From an uncultured Pseudomonadales bacterium (GTDB lineage Bacteria > Patescibacteriota > Microgenomatia > UBA1400 > PJMF01): a stretch of DNA of 64,000 bases. The notes beneath the pieces are model-generated. The model had not been told where the DNA came from. It was given only the letters and a program-made list of their open reading frames with translations, and searched no databases. Below, piece after piece: positions 27,918-37,283 of this stretch. The stretch covers positions 5,015-69,014 of the forward strand of contig CAYOQI010000001.1 of assembly GCA_964406075.1 (NCBI GenBank). Reading direction: 5' to 3'. The position numbers and the translations under genes are program-made. How positions within the stretch are numbered: position 1 is the first letter of the stretch; the number at the start of each line of letters is the position of its first letter.

Positions 27918-29237
27918 TTAATCTTTTCTTTCTATTTTTGCCCCCATGCTTTTGAGGCGTTCATCTAATTTTTCATATCCGCGATCGACGTGTTCAATCC
28001 CATGAATGGTGGAAGTGCCTTGGGCGATCATGGCAGCCAGAATTAATGTTGCACCGTGGCGTAAATCCTTCACATTGAACTCACCAGCTTTGAGTGGTGT
28101 AGGACCAGAAATTTTGATTGCATGCATATCTTCAGGTTTATCGTCGGCAATATTGAAGTTATATACTTTTTCCGGATGCGCAACTTCAGGTTGATAGCGC
28201 TCAATTTTTGCACCCATTTGGATCAGTTCATCAACATACTGAAAACGGCGTTGCATAATCGTCTCATGCAAGTGACTTTCGCCTGTGGCTTGAGTTGCTA
28301 AGGTTGCCCAGAGTGGTTGCCAATCAGTCATAAATCCTGGCTCAATTTCTGTGGTCACATCGGCAGAACGTAATCCATCTTTATAAAAGAATCGCATTCC
28401 ATACTTCCCTACTTCGTGGCCGGCGCCCATTTCTTCCAGCTTAGTGATAAATGCTTTTAAATGTTCGGCTTTGGCATTTTCAATAATGACGTCACCTTTG
28501 GTAGCAATCGCGGCACACGCGTAGCTGACTGCTTCATTTCGATCGGGCATGAGTTTATGAATAGCGCCATGGAGTTCACTGACTCCTTCAATTTCAATCA
28601 CCCGTTGAGCGCGACGACGAATACGGGCTCCCATGTCATTTAAAAATTCAATTAAATCATCAATTTCAGGTTCTTCAGCTGCATTTTCCAAAACGGTTGT
28701 TCCCTGGGCTTTAACAGCAGCCATGATCAATGTTTCAGTTCCGGTATGGGTATTTTTTTCAAATTTATACGTTGTTCCTTTTAACCCATTGGTTTTAGCA
28801 ATAAACATGTTGCCTTCAGTCTTCATCTCAACTCCGAGTGCTTGCAAGCCATCAAAATGGCGTTCAAGAGGACGTTTCCCAATTTGATCACCACCAGGAG
28901 CAGGCACAGCAGCTTGGCCAAAACGAGCAAGCAGTGGACCAAGAAACATAGTGGAAAATCTCCCCTGTTCTCCTTTGGCCGGATCAAGAGTCCATTTATT
29001 CAACGTTTCTGGATTGATGAAAATGGCACGTTCACCGGCCTGATGAACACTTCCGCCTAATTCGGTAATGATTTCTCCCACGGTTTTGACATCACTAATG
29101 TGTGAAAAGTTGAGCAGACGTGACTCTGAATTTGCCAGCAAAGAGGCAATCATGAGTTTGAAGGAAGCGTTTTTGGCTCCTCCAATTCGAACTGAGCCAT
29201 TAAGTGGTGTACCGCCGGTGACGAGAAAAGTGGACAT
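27918..29237 (-). CDS. murA: UDP-GlcNAc 1-carboxyvinyltransferase MurA (Asp at the Cys115-equivalent position)
   Basis: GGTPLNGSVRIGGAKNA..., active-site loop PAPGGDQIGKRPLERH. Codon 117 is GAT at 28889..28887. Confidence 0.95.
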   Translation of the reverse strand: MSTFLVTGGTPLNGSVRIGGAKNASFKLMIASLLANSESRLLNFSHISDVKTVGEIITELGGSVHQAGERAIFINPETLNKWTLDPAKGEQGRFSTMFLGPLLARFGQAAVPAPGGDQIGKRPLERHFDGLQALGVEMKTEGNMFIAKTNGLKGTTYKFEKNTHTGTETLIMAAVKAQGTTVLENAAEEPEIDDLIEFLNDMGARIRRRAQRVIEIEGVSELHGAIHKLMPDRNEAVSYACAAIATKGDVIIENAKAEHLKAFITKLEEMGAGHEVGKYGMRFFYKDGLRSADVTTEIEPGFMTDWQPLWATLATQATGESHLHETIMQRRFQYVDELIQMGAKIERYQPEVAHPEKVYNFNIADDKPEDMHAIKISGPTPLKAGEFNVKDLRHGATLILAAMIAQGTSTIHGIEHVDRGYEKLDERLKSMGAKIERKD

Positions 29238-29248
29238 AGCTGTGATTA

Positions 29249-29280
29249 AATTCCAAATTATTAATTTTTAAATTCCAAGC
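29249..29280 (-). promoter_or_regulatory. paired TTTGGAATTT motif upstream of murA
   Basis: On the plus strand, AAATTCCAAA at 29249-58 and AAATTCCAAG at 29271-80, with a 22-bp centre-to-centre spacing. The proximal copy is 11 nt from the murA ATG. Confidence 0.4.
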
Positions 29281-29306
29281 CTAAAAGTGATTGTATAGCA
29301 AAAAAC

Positions 29307-29612
29307 TTAATATCCTCTACGACGTTTTCTTTTCAATAACATTGCAGAATGAAAGACCTCTGTTACCTTTTTTTTATTTTCTTTCTTAGCGATAATCAGA
29401 GTGAGCTTTTCTATTTGCTTTTTTTCATTTAATAATTTTTCTCTTTCTGATGTTAGTTCTGAAAGTCTTTTTTTTGAAAGATTTTTTTTATGTGTAAAAA
29501 GATGAAGGATAACTTGGAGCCTTTGATCAATAAATACTTCTCGATTTGCAGTTGACCAATTTGGCAAAGCAAGATAATTAGATGGTAGCTCTGTACTATT
29601 TACCATTGTCAA
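29307..29612 (-). CDS. hypothetical coiled-coil, basic protein (101 aa) between murB and murA
   Basis: Intact ORF overlapping the murB 3' end by 17 nt, with a Lys-rich heptad-like region and an RKRRRGY tail. Confidence 0.5.
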   Translation of the reverse strand: MTMVNSTELPSNYLALPNWSTANREVFIDQRLQVILHLFTHKKNLSKKRLSELTSEREKLLNEKKQIEKLTLIIAKKENKKKVTEVFHSAMLLKRKRRRGY

Positions 29613-30648
29613 ACCCTAAATAAAAAATTTCTGATTTGAGTTCGATGCCGGTTTTTTCTTTAGTTTCATTTACTAAAGTGTCGATCACGGCTTTGTACTC
29701 TTTGGCTGTAGCATTTCCAACGTTTTCAATAAACGCACAATGTTTTTCTGAAACCATTGCTCCGCCGATTTTAAAACCTTTTTTGTTTAACACATGCTCA
29801 ATTAAGTATCCAATACTCGGTGTTGGAAGGTTGAGTTGTTTTTGCTGGTCAGCAGTTAAATTTTGAAAGACACACCCAAGTGAATTTTGAGGTTGAATAC
29901 TTTTTCGTTTTGCCCATTCAACCACGACTTGTTTAGCTTTTTCCACGTCGCCTTTAAATAAAAGAAAAGTAGCCGAAACAATTACTTCTTCTGAGTGATG
30001 AAAGCGAGAAAAATCATATCCGAACTCAGCATCTTTGGTTGCGATTTTTTGTAGTTCGCCATCTTTATCAATCACTGTGATGAACTCAATCACTTCGCTG
30101 ATGAAATGAGTGCCACCATGAATATTATTGTAAATGGCACCGCCAATACTCCCTGGAATTCGAGAAAACCATTGCAGGCCGGTAATACCTTGTTGCAGTA
30201 AAGTATTGATCACGACAGGCAAACCAACACCCGAAGAAATTTCTACTCGAATACGTGGTGAATCGTTTTCATTGTAATCAAGATCTTCAAATTCATATTT
30301 TTTATTTGAATTAGAGTCGTCTGATTGCCAGCGAGGAATTGTTGTCACTGTTTCAATCGGAGCGGTGACGTTTTCATTCACTATATCAATTTGATTTGAA
30401 GTGTTTTTAACAACCAATCCTTTGATCCCCTCGTCCGCAATCAATGTATTCGCACCCCAACCGAGGAGAGTTACAGGTATTTGATTTTTACGGGCAAGCG
30501 TTATTAATTCAACAAAATCTTTGGTGTTAGGAGTTTCGACGTACAGTTCAGCAGGTCCGCCAATTTTGACTGTCGTATGCGGAGCCAGCAAATGATTCGA
30601 TTCGAATTTAAGATGCGGAAATTTGTTAGGTAGATCTGAAAGTGTCAT
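29596..30648 (-). CDS. murB: UDP-N-acetylenolpyruvoylglucosamine reductase MurB
   Basis: FAD-binding N-terminal region (HTTVKIGGPAELYVE, LGWGANTL) and C-terminal GCVFQN...LIE motifs. It contains an acidic insertion. Confidence 0.9.
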   Translation of the reverse strand: MTLSDLPNKFPHLKFESNHLLAPHTTVKIGGPAELYVETPNTKDFVELITLARKNQIPVTLLGWGANTLIADEGIKGLVVKNTSNQIDIVNENVTAPIETVTTIPRWQSDDSNSNKKYEFEDLDYNENDSPRIRVEISSGVGLPVVINTLLQQGITGLQWFSRIPGSIGGAIYNNIHGGTHFISEVIEFITVIDKDGELQKIATKDAEFGYDFSRFHHSEEVIVSATFLLFKGDVEKAKQVVVEWAKRKSIQPQNSLGCVFQNLTADQQKQLNLPTPSIGYLIEHVLNKKGFKIGGAMVSEKHCAFIENVGNATAKEYKAVIDTLVNETKEKTGIELKSEIFYLGFDNGK

Positions 30649-30650
30649 GG

Positions 30651-30890
30651 TTATTGTTTGGGTCTATATAGGCCAAAAAGTGGTAGATATTTAACTTTAT
30701 CGCCAGGTGCAAAAAGATCTTTTTCACTTCTCTCCCTGTTCGTGACACACGGCTGAACGGTTATTCCTAAACCTAATTTAATAGTCGCGTAAAAGTCACA
30801 ACCAGAATTTCTTTGATTAAACTTAGGAAACACATCTTGAATAGTCACATCTTTACCACATCTTTGAACAAGTTCCTTTCCCAAATTCAT
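30651..30890 (-). CDS. hypothetical protein (79 aa) between murC and murB
   Basis: Intact ORF lying 12 nt after the murC stop and 2 nt before the murB start. No family recognised. Confidence 0.5.
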   Translation of the reverse strand: MNLGKELVQRCGKDVTIQDVFPKFNQRNSGCDFYATIKLGLGITVQPCVTNRERSEKDLFAPGDKVKYLPLFGLYRPKQ

Positions 30891-30902
30891 TGGTTGCCTT
30901 TT

Positions 30903-32354
30903 TTAAATCTTATCATGGACTTTATAAATATCTCCGGCACCAAGTGTAATCATGACATCGTGTGGCTTGAGCTGAGTTAAACAGTATTCAGTCAGTTTTT
31001 CAATTGTTTTGAGATTCATGACATTGGCTTTGGGATTCATTTTCTTAATATCTGAAACGAGATCATCCGAACTGATTTCATCCGAAATTTTTTCTCTGGC
31101 TGAAGGAAAAATATCTAATATAACAACTTCTTCCGCGGTTGATAAAGCTTGAACAAATTCTTTTCTCAATGCGATGGTTCGCGAGAAGGTATGAGGTTGA
31201 AATGCGATCACGCAACGGTAGTCTGGATACCACTCTTTTATTGCTCGAATGACTGAAGTTATTTCATGTGGGTGGTGAGCATAGTCATCATAATACCAAA
31301 CATTTTGTTTGTGACCTTTGAACTCAAATCGTCTTTGCGTAGACTGAAAAGTTGAAATACTTTGCACTGCGTTAAAAAGCGGAAAACCAAGTTTACTGAC
31401 TGCCACAAGTGCGGCAGTAGCATTTTTCATATTAAATTCGCCCGGAAGAGAAAGATTCAGTTGTTGAATTTCATTTTCATATTTCAGTTGACCGTGAGAT
31501 ATTCCCGGGGAAAAATGAATCTGATCAATCACGTACATATTGGTTGGATTTTTTCCGAACGTCACTACTTTTATATCTTCCCGTTGTCTTTGAACTGCTT
31601 TACTAACTTCTACTAAGTTTTCATCATCACCATTGATTATTAAAATTCCACCGGCTTTCAGTTGAAGAAAAAATTGTAAAAAAGTCCGCTTTGTCATCTC
31701 AAAGTCGTCATAGACATCGGGATGATCAAAGTGAAGATTAGTGCAAACGATAATATTTGATTGTAAAAAAGAAAAGCGAGGTACAGGTGGTTTTTGTTGT
31801 GGATCGATGACGTACTCATCAGCTTCAGCCACAAAAAACTGAGAATTAGCATCCCATTTTCCTGTTTTATTTAAACCGATAATATTTCCAACTCCAATGC
31901 TATACGAAGGATACTGGTTCAATTGATGAAGCATCCACACAATCATGGCAGAGACAGTTGATTTCCCACCAACTCCACACACGGCAATTCCAGTTTTACT
32001 ATTAAATAGTTGACTGAGCGCTTCAGCTTGTGAAAGTGTTGGAATATTTTGTTGCTTGGCCCACTGCACTTCAGGATTATTTGGGCCACCGTGTGCAGAC
32101 GTATAAATAAGCAGATCAATTGGTGTTGAAAGTTGATAATTATTAGTTTGGAGTTTTTCAAATTCTGCTTGGCTGTTTATGAAAGGAAGGATCGGAATGT
32201 TCAGTTCACGAAGCATGTGTTGGGTAACAAAATCTTCTTCTAGATCAGAACCCGTCACCATTTTTTCCATATCTCTCAAACATTGAGAGATCGAAGTCAT
32301 GGCAACGCCTTTGATGCCGGTTAAATGCACATGATGAGCTGAGAAAATATCCAT
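30903..32354 (-). CDS. murC: UDP-MurNAc--L-alanine ligase MurC
   Basis: N-terminal HVHLTGIKGVAMTSISQCL...VTGSDL, P-loop CGVGGKSTVSAMI, and Mur ligase middle and C-terminal domains. Confidence 0.85.
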   Translation of the reverse strand: MDIFSAHHVHLTGIKGVAMTSISQCLRDMEKMVTGSDLEEDFVTQHMLRELNIPILPFINSQAEFEKLQTNNYQLSTPIDLLIYTSAHGGPNNPEVQWAKQQNIPTLSQAEALSQLFNSKTGIAVCGVGGKSTVSAMIVWMLHQLNQYPSYSIGVGNIIGLNKTGKWDANSQFFVAEADEYVIDPQQKPPVPRFSFLQSNIIVCTNLHFDHPDVYDDFEMTKRTFLQFFLQLKAGGILIINGDDENLVEVSKAVQRQREDIKVVTFGKNPTNMYVIDQIHFSPGISHGQLKYENEIQQLNLSLPGEFNMKNATAALVAVSKLGFPLFNAVQSISTFQSTQRRFEFKGHKQNVWYYDDYAHHPHEITSVIRAIKEWYPDYRCVIAFQPHTFSRTIALRKEFVQALSTAEEVVILDIFPSAREKISDEISSDDLVSDIKKMNPKANVMNLKTIEKLTEYCLTQLKPHDVMITLGAGDIYKVHDKI

Positions 32355-32362
32355 ACATTAAT

Positions 32363-32394
32363 AAATTCCAAATGATTAAATATCAAATTCCAAA
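32363..32394 (-). promoter_or_regulatory. paired TTTGGAATTT motif upstream of murC
   Basis: On the plus strand, AAATTCCAAA at 32363-72 and 32385-94, with 22-bp spacing identical to the murA site. The proximal copy is 8 nt from the murC ATG. Confidence 0.4.
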
Positions 32395-32466
32395 AATCTG
32401 AATAAAAAACTCCCCTTTGCCATGCTACGCTTGGCGTTTCCCCTCTACGAAGGGAAACAACTACTA

Positions 32467-33153
32467 TTATTTATTTCTCCATACTGCTACTAAAAATCGT
32501 CCATCCTCATCTTTTTGTTCTTTTGATCGGCGATGAGAATAAAACGCTTCTTTTTCCATGTATGTATCTTTATCATAATCAAAAATATTCTCTGCCTTCA
32601 TTTTGCATTGTACCAAGCTATTTTTAGCATAGGCAGACAGATCAACATGATACCCTTTTTTTGATTCAGTGATGAATTGATGCCACTCTGGAAAAAATGC
32701 TTGCACAGGTGCTTGAGTGGAAATATTTGACTGGGCATGTAATCCGGGACCTATCCAAGCAATGAGTTTTTCCGGATCACATTTATAGTGAAAATCCTTC
32801 AATTCTTTTACCGTTAACGGAATGATATTTTGAAGTAAAGATCTCCAACCTCCGTGAATCATTGTTAACACATGGCTTTTGGGTTCAATCATAATGATGG
32901 GAAAACAATCACCAACTACCATTGATAAACACAGTTCGGGATTATCCGTCACCACAGCATCACCTTTTTCTTCTGTGACATCTTTTTTCCAATGAACGCG
33001 TTGTGATCCATGTAGTAATCTCAAGAAACCGACTGGATGAGGGCAACCAGCTGCTTTAATTAATTGCTCAGCTTGTTCTTTGGTAGTAATACTCCCCTCG
33101 TTTCGAGTGGAAAGTAAAATTGTATAGTCAGGATGAAAAGGTAAGGTGATCAT
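32467..33153 (-). CDS. pgeF: YfiH/PgeF (DUF152) peptidoglycan editing factor / laccase-domain protein
   Basis: DAVVTDNPELCLSMVVGDCFPI, HGGWRS and GPGL motifs. Confidence 0.85.
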   Translation of the reverse strand: MITLPFHPDYTILLSTRNEGSITTKEQAEQLIKAAGCPHPVGFLRLLHGSQRVHWKKDVTEEKGDAVVTDNPELCLSMVVGDCFPIIMIEPKSHVLTMIHGGWRSLLQNIIPLTVKELKDFHYKCDPEKLIAWIGPGLHAQSNISTQAPVQAFFPEWHQFITESKKGYHVDLSAYAKNSLVQCKMKAENIFDYDKDTYMEKEAFYSHRRSKEQKDEDGRFLVAVWRNK

Positions 33154-33167
33154 GAGTAAGTCATCAG

Positions 33168-33803
33168 TTAATTATTTTTCTGTTTTATTATTTCAGTAAA
33201 TTCGGTGAGTGAGGTAATTGTTAATGTTGGGACAAAGTCACTGGTTTTTTCTAGCGGGTTTCTTTGAATCCAAACGGTTTTCGTGGCAACATGCAGCTGT
33301 GTCGCTAATTCAAGTAACTCGTGTTGGTTGTCCATGTACCATGATTCGTGGGGGTCAAATTTCTGCAGTAACTGAACGTACTCTTCCATCTTATTGTCAT
33401 AAATAAAAGCATAGTTCACTAAGTTTGCGAGACCAGATTGCTGGACTTTCACTTGTTGAAATAAACCATCACCAGTTGAAAAAAGTGCGACAGTGCCTAA
33501 CTCTTTGAGTTTTGGAAGTTCGATATGAACATCAGGATATAAGAATGTTGCAAAATCATGATCGAGAAAGGCGTGAAAAAAATCATCCCGTTTTTCCACG
33601 AGTCCTTTTTTTTCACAGAAGTTTTTTATAGTATTTTGGACATGAAAAGGCGTATTCCGGAGTGATCGATTGAGTTGCCAGAACTCATCCAACAATGTTG
33701 CATCGCCAAGTAGGCTCAGCAGTCGGTCAGAAATATCTTTTTTTAACCGTGCGGTATCGAAAAGTGTGTCATCAATGTCGAGCAGAAATAAGCGGTTTAT
33801 CAT
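33168..33803 (-). CDS. HAD superfamily hydrolase
   Basis: Motif I LFLLDIDDTLFDT, plus downstream S/T and D motifs. Confidence 0.75.
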   Translation of the reverse strand: MINRLFLLDIDDTLFDTARLKKDISDRLLSLLGDATLLDEFWQLNRSLRNTPFHVQNTIKNFCEKKGLVEKRDDFFHAFLDHDFATFLYPDVHIELPKLKELGTVALFSTGDGLFQQVKVQQSGLANLVNYAFIYDNKMEEYVQLLQKFDPHESWYMDNQHELLELATQLHVATKTVWIQRNPLEKTSDFVPTLTITSLTEFTEIIKQKNN

Positions 33804-33824
33804 ACATTTGGTAGTCCAACCTTT

Positions 33825-35042
33825 TTAGGCAGAAATATCTAGGCTTTTCTGAATTCCTTCACTGTCGTTCCAGGGATACTCTATCGTACCATAGCACATG
33901 GTTTGCTCATGGCCTTTACCGAACACTGCAATAGTATCGCCTGATTTGGCTAAAGTGTTGATCGCAAAGTCGAGGGCTGTTTGTCGATCTGGAATTGAGT
34001 GAATATGATTGTGGCCTGTTGTGAGATTTTCTTTCATTTGGCGAATAATTGTCCACACGTTTTCTGTTCGTGGATCTTCAGCCGTAAATACACAGTAGTC
34101 GGCGAGTTCAGTCCCATACTGTCCCATGCGAGATCGTTTACTTGGATCACGTAAGCCAGCACACCCAAACACTGCAATCAGCTTTTTCCCTGCTATGGTC
34201 GTTTTCTTCAAAGAAAGTAAAGCTTCTTTCAATGCATTTGGAGTGTGGGCGAAATCCACGATGATTCGTAAGTTTCTATCATTTTTAATTTCTTCCATTC
34301 GACCAGGAATTCCTGAAAAGCTCGAAATACCTTCCACAATTTTTTCTTCATTTACTCCAAGTTGCATGGCTAAAACAGAAACCAAAGTTGCATTGTTGTG
34401 ATTGTATGACTGAGTAAAACGTGTACGAATCGCAGTTTGGAGTTTTTCACTCAGATTTTTTAAAGAATATTCAATAAATTTTGTTTGATTAATAGATAAG
34501 ATTTGAGTTACTGACTCAGTCGACTCGTCTTGTCTGGGAATGACTGCGAGCTCAGCTTCCGCGAGCATACTGGCTTTGGCCTTCACATATTCAGAATAAC
34601 TGACGTGATAATCAAGATGTTCATTATTTGAAATATTCGTAAGTCCAGCAAAGTTCGGTGTTATTCCCCAATTTCGATATTGGTATATTCCGTGTGAAGT
34701 CGTTTCCAATACAACGTGGGTAAATCCTTTATCAACAATTTCTTTCAATATTTTTTGAAGTTGCCAGGGATTAGGGTTAGTGACATGAAAACCAGTATCA
34801 ATTTGTTCATCGCCAATGTAGGCAGCGACCGTTGAAATTAAGGCAACTTTGTATCCGGCTGTATTTAAAACGTGGTACAGCATGGTAGATGACGTCGTTT
34901 TGCCATCGGTACCGGTGATCATGATAACGGTCAGTTTACTACTCGGGAAGTTATAGACCAGATTGGCCGGAAGAGCTTCATACAAAAAAGTTCGAAAGAA
35001 GTGGTACAGTTTTTTGGATTGATAAATAATGTGTTTATTCAT
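33825..35042 (-). CDS. murE: Mur ligase, MurE-like (short form, 405 aa)
   Basis: P-loop ITGTDGKTTSSTML, DFAHTPNALKEAL, FGCAGLRDPSKR and TAEDPRTE, resembling MurE. The usual N-terminal domain is largely absent. Confidence 0.7.
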   Translation of the reverse strand: MNKHIIYQSKKLYHFFRTFLYEALPANLVYNFPSSKLTVIMITGTDGKTTSSTMLYHVLNTAGYKVALISTVAAYIGDEQIDTGFHVTNPNPWQLQKILKEIVDKGFTHVVLETTSHGIYQYRNWGITPNFAGLTNISNNEHLDYHVSYSEYVKAKASMLAEAELAVIPRQDESTESVTQILSINQTKFIEYSLKNLSEKLQTAIRTRFTQSYNHNNATLVSVLAMQLGVNEEKIVEGISSFSGIPGRMEEIKNDRNLRIIVDFAHTPNALKEALLSLKKTTIAGKKLIAVFGCAGLRDPSKRSRMGQYGTELADYCVFTAEDPRTENVWTIIRQMKENLTTGHNHIHSIPDRQTALDFAINTLAKSGDTIAVFGKGHEQTMCYGTIEYPWNDSEGIQKSLDISA

Positions 35043-35046
35043 TCAC

Positions 35047-36813
35047 TTATTCCCTATCTGGCAAGATATTTAATAGTATAAACAATTCTTTGGAAATGTC
35101 ATACCAGAGCGGTGCTGCTGTCTCTGAAGCCCATTGAGAAGATTGAGGTTCTCGCAGTTTTACCAACATCACAAATTCAGGATTAGAAGCTGGCGCAAAG
35201 CCGATAAAACTAGCAATAGTTTTATCTGCATCATAGTGACCAGCAACCGGGATTTGAGCCGTTCCGGTTTTCCCAGCAACGGAGTATTTTTGGCTGGCTG
35301 TCCATTTTGCTTCACCTTGGCTGGCAGCATGAACCATCATTTCTGTGACCGTAGCAGCGGTTTTGGCTGAAACGGGTTGCCCGAGCAGTTCAGGTTCGAC
35401 TTTTACCTCTTCTCCATCAACCTTTACTGACTCAAGTATCTTTGGTCGCATCATATTTCCATTGTTTGCAATTGCTCCGACCGCTTTCACCATTTGCAAT
35501 CCTGTCGTGGCAATACCTTGTCCAAATGATGTGGTCGCGAGATCGATCGGCGTCCAATTTTTTCGAATCTGTGTTCCACTATCCTCTTGGAGTTCCACAC
35601 CTGAGGCTTTTCCAATTTGGAATTTTTCTAAATAGTCGGTGAATTTTTCCTGTCCGAGCTCTTCTGCCACGAAGATCATGGCGGTATTGTCGGATTTGGC
35701 CAATCCATCTCGAATGGTGATGTTGGGATTGTAGACCTCATTCCAAGTTTTCAAGGTATATCCAGCAATTTTGCGGGCGGTGGCACATCGTGTACAAATA
35801 GTTTCAGGTGAAATAATTCCGGCATCAATTCCAGCGGAAACGGTCAGCACTTTAAATGTCGAACCAGGTTCATAGCCTTCGGCAACGAGCGGATTTCTAT
35901 ACCACTCTTGAGGATACTGAGCATAGTGTTTGGGATCATAATTTGGAAAACTAGCCATCCCGAGAATATTTCCAGTTCTCGGATCCATTACCAGAACTTC
36001 GCCTGAGATTGCACCATATTTATTCATGCCTGCCAGGAGTTTTTTCTCCAACATGTATTGAACATCTCGTCGAATGGTGAGTTTTACATCGCGTCCATCT
36101 TCGTTATCGGGCAAGGAACTATCAGTCAACGACAGTGTTCGCCCTCGGGCGTCTGTTTTTCTTTTCACTTTCGCAACGTGTCCTTGAAGTTCGCGGTCGA
36201 GCTGGCCTTCGATTCCGAAGTATCCGATATCTGCTCCATTGGTATCTTTCCCAACAAAGCCGACGATTTGAGCAGCCAGTGAAGCTTCAGGATACTGACG
36301 AATGGTGTAGGCATCGAAACCTATTCCAGGCAAATCCAAGGCCTCAATGGCTTTCTTCTGATCTTCATTCACTTCTTGTTGGATTGCAATCCATTTTTTA
36401 TCAGAGTCAGCAAGTTTATTTTTCAGTTCATCGAACGTTAAGGGAGTAATTTTTCCACTTGGACTAGCTGTGTCAGGTAGTGTTTTGAGTGAAGAAAAAA
36501 GTGCATCTGCAATTTCGACAGAACTTTTCTTGAAGTATTGTGGTTGAGCAAAGAGTGTATACACAGTTTGATTGCCGACGAGCAAGTGACCGTCAGCGGT
36601 ATACATTTTCCCACGTTTCCCTTGCCAGTTTGATACAGAGGTATATTGAGATTCAGCCAAGGCTTGGAGTTCTTGACCTTTAAAAATTTGCCAATAAAAA
36701 AGGCGACCAATGATCACTAAAAAAGCAAAATAAATACATCCTTGGACGAGGCGAAGACGATCGAGAGTTTGAGGTGATTTTTGTCTGGAATGAAAGGTAG
36801 CTCTTTTTTGCAT
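35047..36813 (-). CDS. ftsI: class B penicillin-binding protein (FtsI/PBP2-type transpeptidase)
   Basis: N-terminal TM helix, dimerisation domain, and the SxxK (GSTFK), SxN (KSDN) and KTG (GKTGTA) motifs. Confidence 0.9.
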   Translation of the reverse strand: MQKRATFHSRQKSPQTLDRLRLVQGCIYFAFLVIIGRLFYWQIFKGQELQALAESQYTSVSNWQGKRGKMYTADGHLLVGNQTVYTLFAQPQYFKKSSVEIADALFSSLKTLPDTASPSGKITPLTFDELKNKLADSDKKWIAIQQEVNEDQKKAIEALDLPGIGFDAYTIRQYPEASLAAQIVGFVGKDTNGADIGYFGIEGQLDRELQGHVAKVKRKTDARGRTLSLTDSSLPDNEDGRDVKLTIRRDVQYMLEKKLLAGMNKYGAISGEVLVMDPRTGNILGMASFPNYDPKHYAQYPQEWYRNPLVAEGYEPGSTFKVLTVSAGIDAGIISPETICTRCATARKIAGYTLKTWNEVYNPNITIRDGLAKSDNTAMIFVAEELGQEKFTDYLEKFQIGKASGVELQEDSGTQIRKNWTPIDLATTSFGQGIATTGLQMVKAVGAIANNGNMMRPKILESVKVDGEEVKVEPELLGQPVSAKTAATVTEMMVHAASQGEAKWTASQKYSVAGKTGTAQIPVAGHYDADKTIASFIGFAPASNPEFVMLVKLREPQSSQWASETAAPLWYDISKELFILLNILPDRE

Positions 36814-36847
36814 GTATATACACTTGATAATAGCAGAAATGAGATTA

Positions 36848-36894
36848 CTCCCTCACTGCCTGGAATACCAGGCTTCTCTCCCCAGGGAGAGAAG
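36848..36894. repeat. double-hairpin repeat, copy 2
   Basis: ctccctcactgCCTGGaataCCAGGCTTCTCTCCccagGGAGAGAAG, in the same orientation as 10693-10740. It lies between the ftsL-like gene and ftsI. Confidence 0.7.
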
Positions 36895-36918
36895 TATTAA
36901 GTTTGTATGACTTTTGAG

Positions 36919-37242
36919 CTAGCGTAAGGCGACTGCTGAGTCTGCGGGAGTTTTGATAGCAATAGTTTGAGTAATTGGGACATAACCCAGTTCCAAGGCT
37001 TTTTCTTCTAAAGATTTGAGGGAAATGTGTTGACTCAGTTGTGAAGTCAGCATTTCTTTTTCTTCTTGAAGTTGTGCATATTTTTGTTCTTGAAGTTTAA
37101 GCTCAGTGGTTGCAGTGACAGTTCTTCCAGATAAGAAAATGTTCGCTACAGCTAAAGTGAGTATTAAAAGAAAACAACTGAAGTACAGTGATTTAATTTT
37201 TTTGTGGTTGGACTGTGTAGGTTTCATACTAATTTTTTTCAT
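36919..37242 (-). CDS. FtsL-like division protein (TM helix plus coiled coil)
   Basis: 107 aa with a single TM helix and then a leucine-zipper-like coiled coil. It sits in the canonical position between rsmH and ftsI. Confidence 0.6.
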   Translation of the reverse strand: MKKISMKPTQSNHKKIKSLYFSCFLLILTLAVANIFLSGRTVTATTELKLQEQKYAQLQEEKEMLTSQLSQHISLKSLEEKALELGYVPITQTIAIKTPADSAVALR

Positions 37243-37283
37243 CCGCCTTCGCTAAAGCTATGGCAGGATTTCGTATTATTTTG

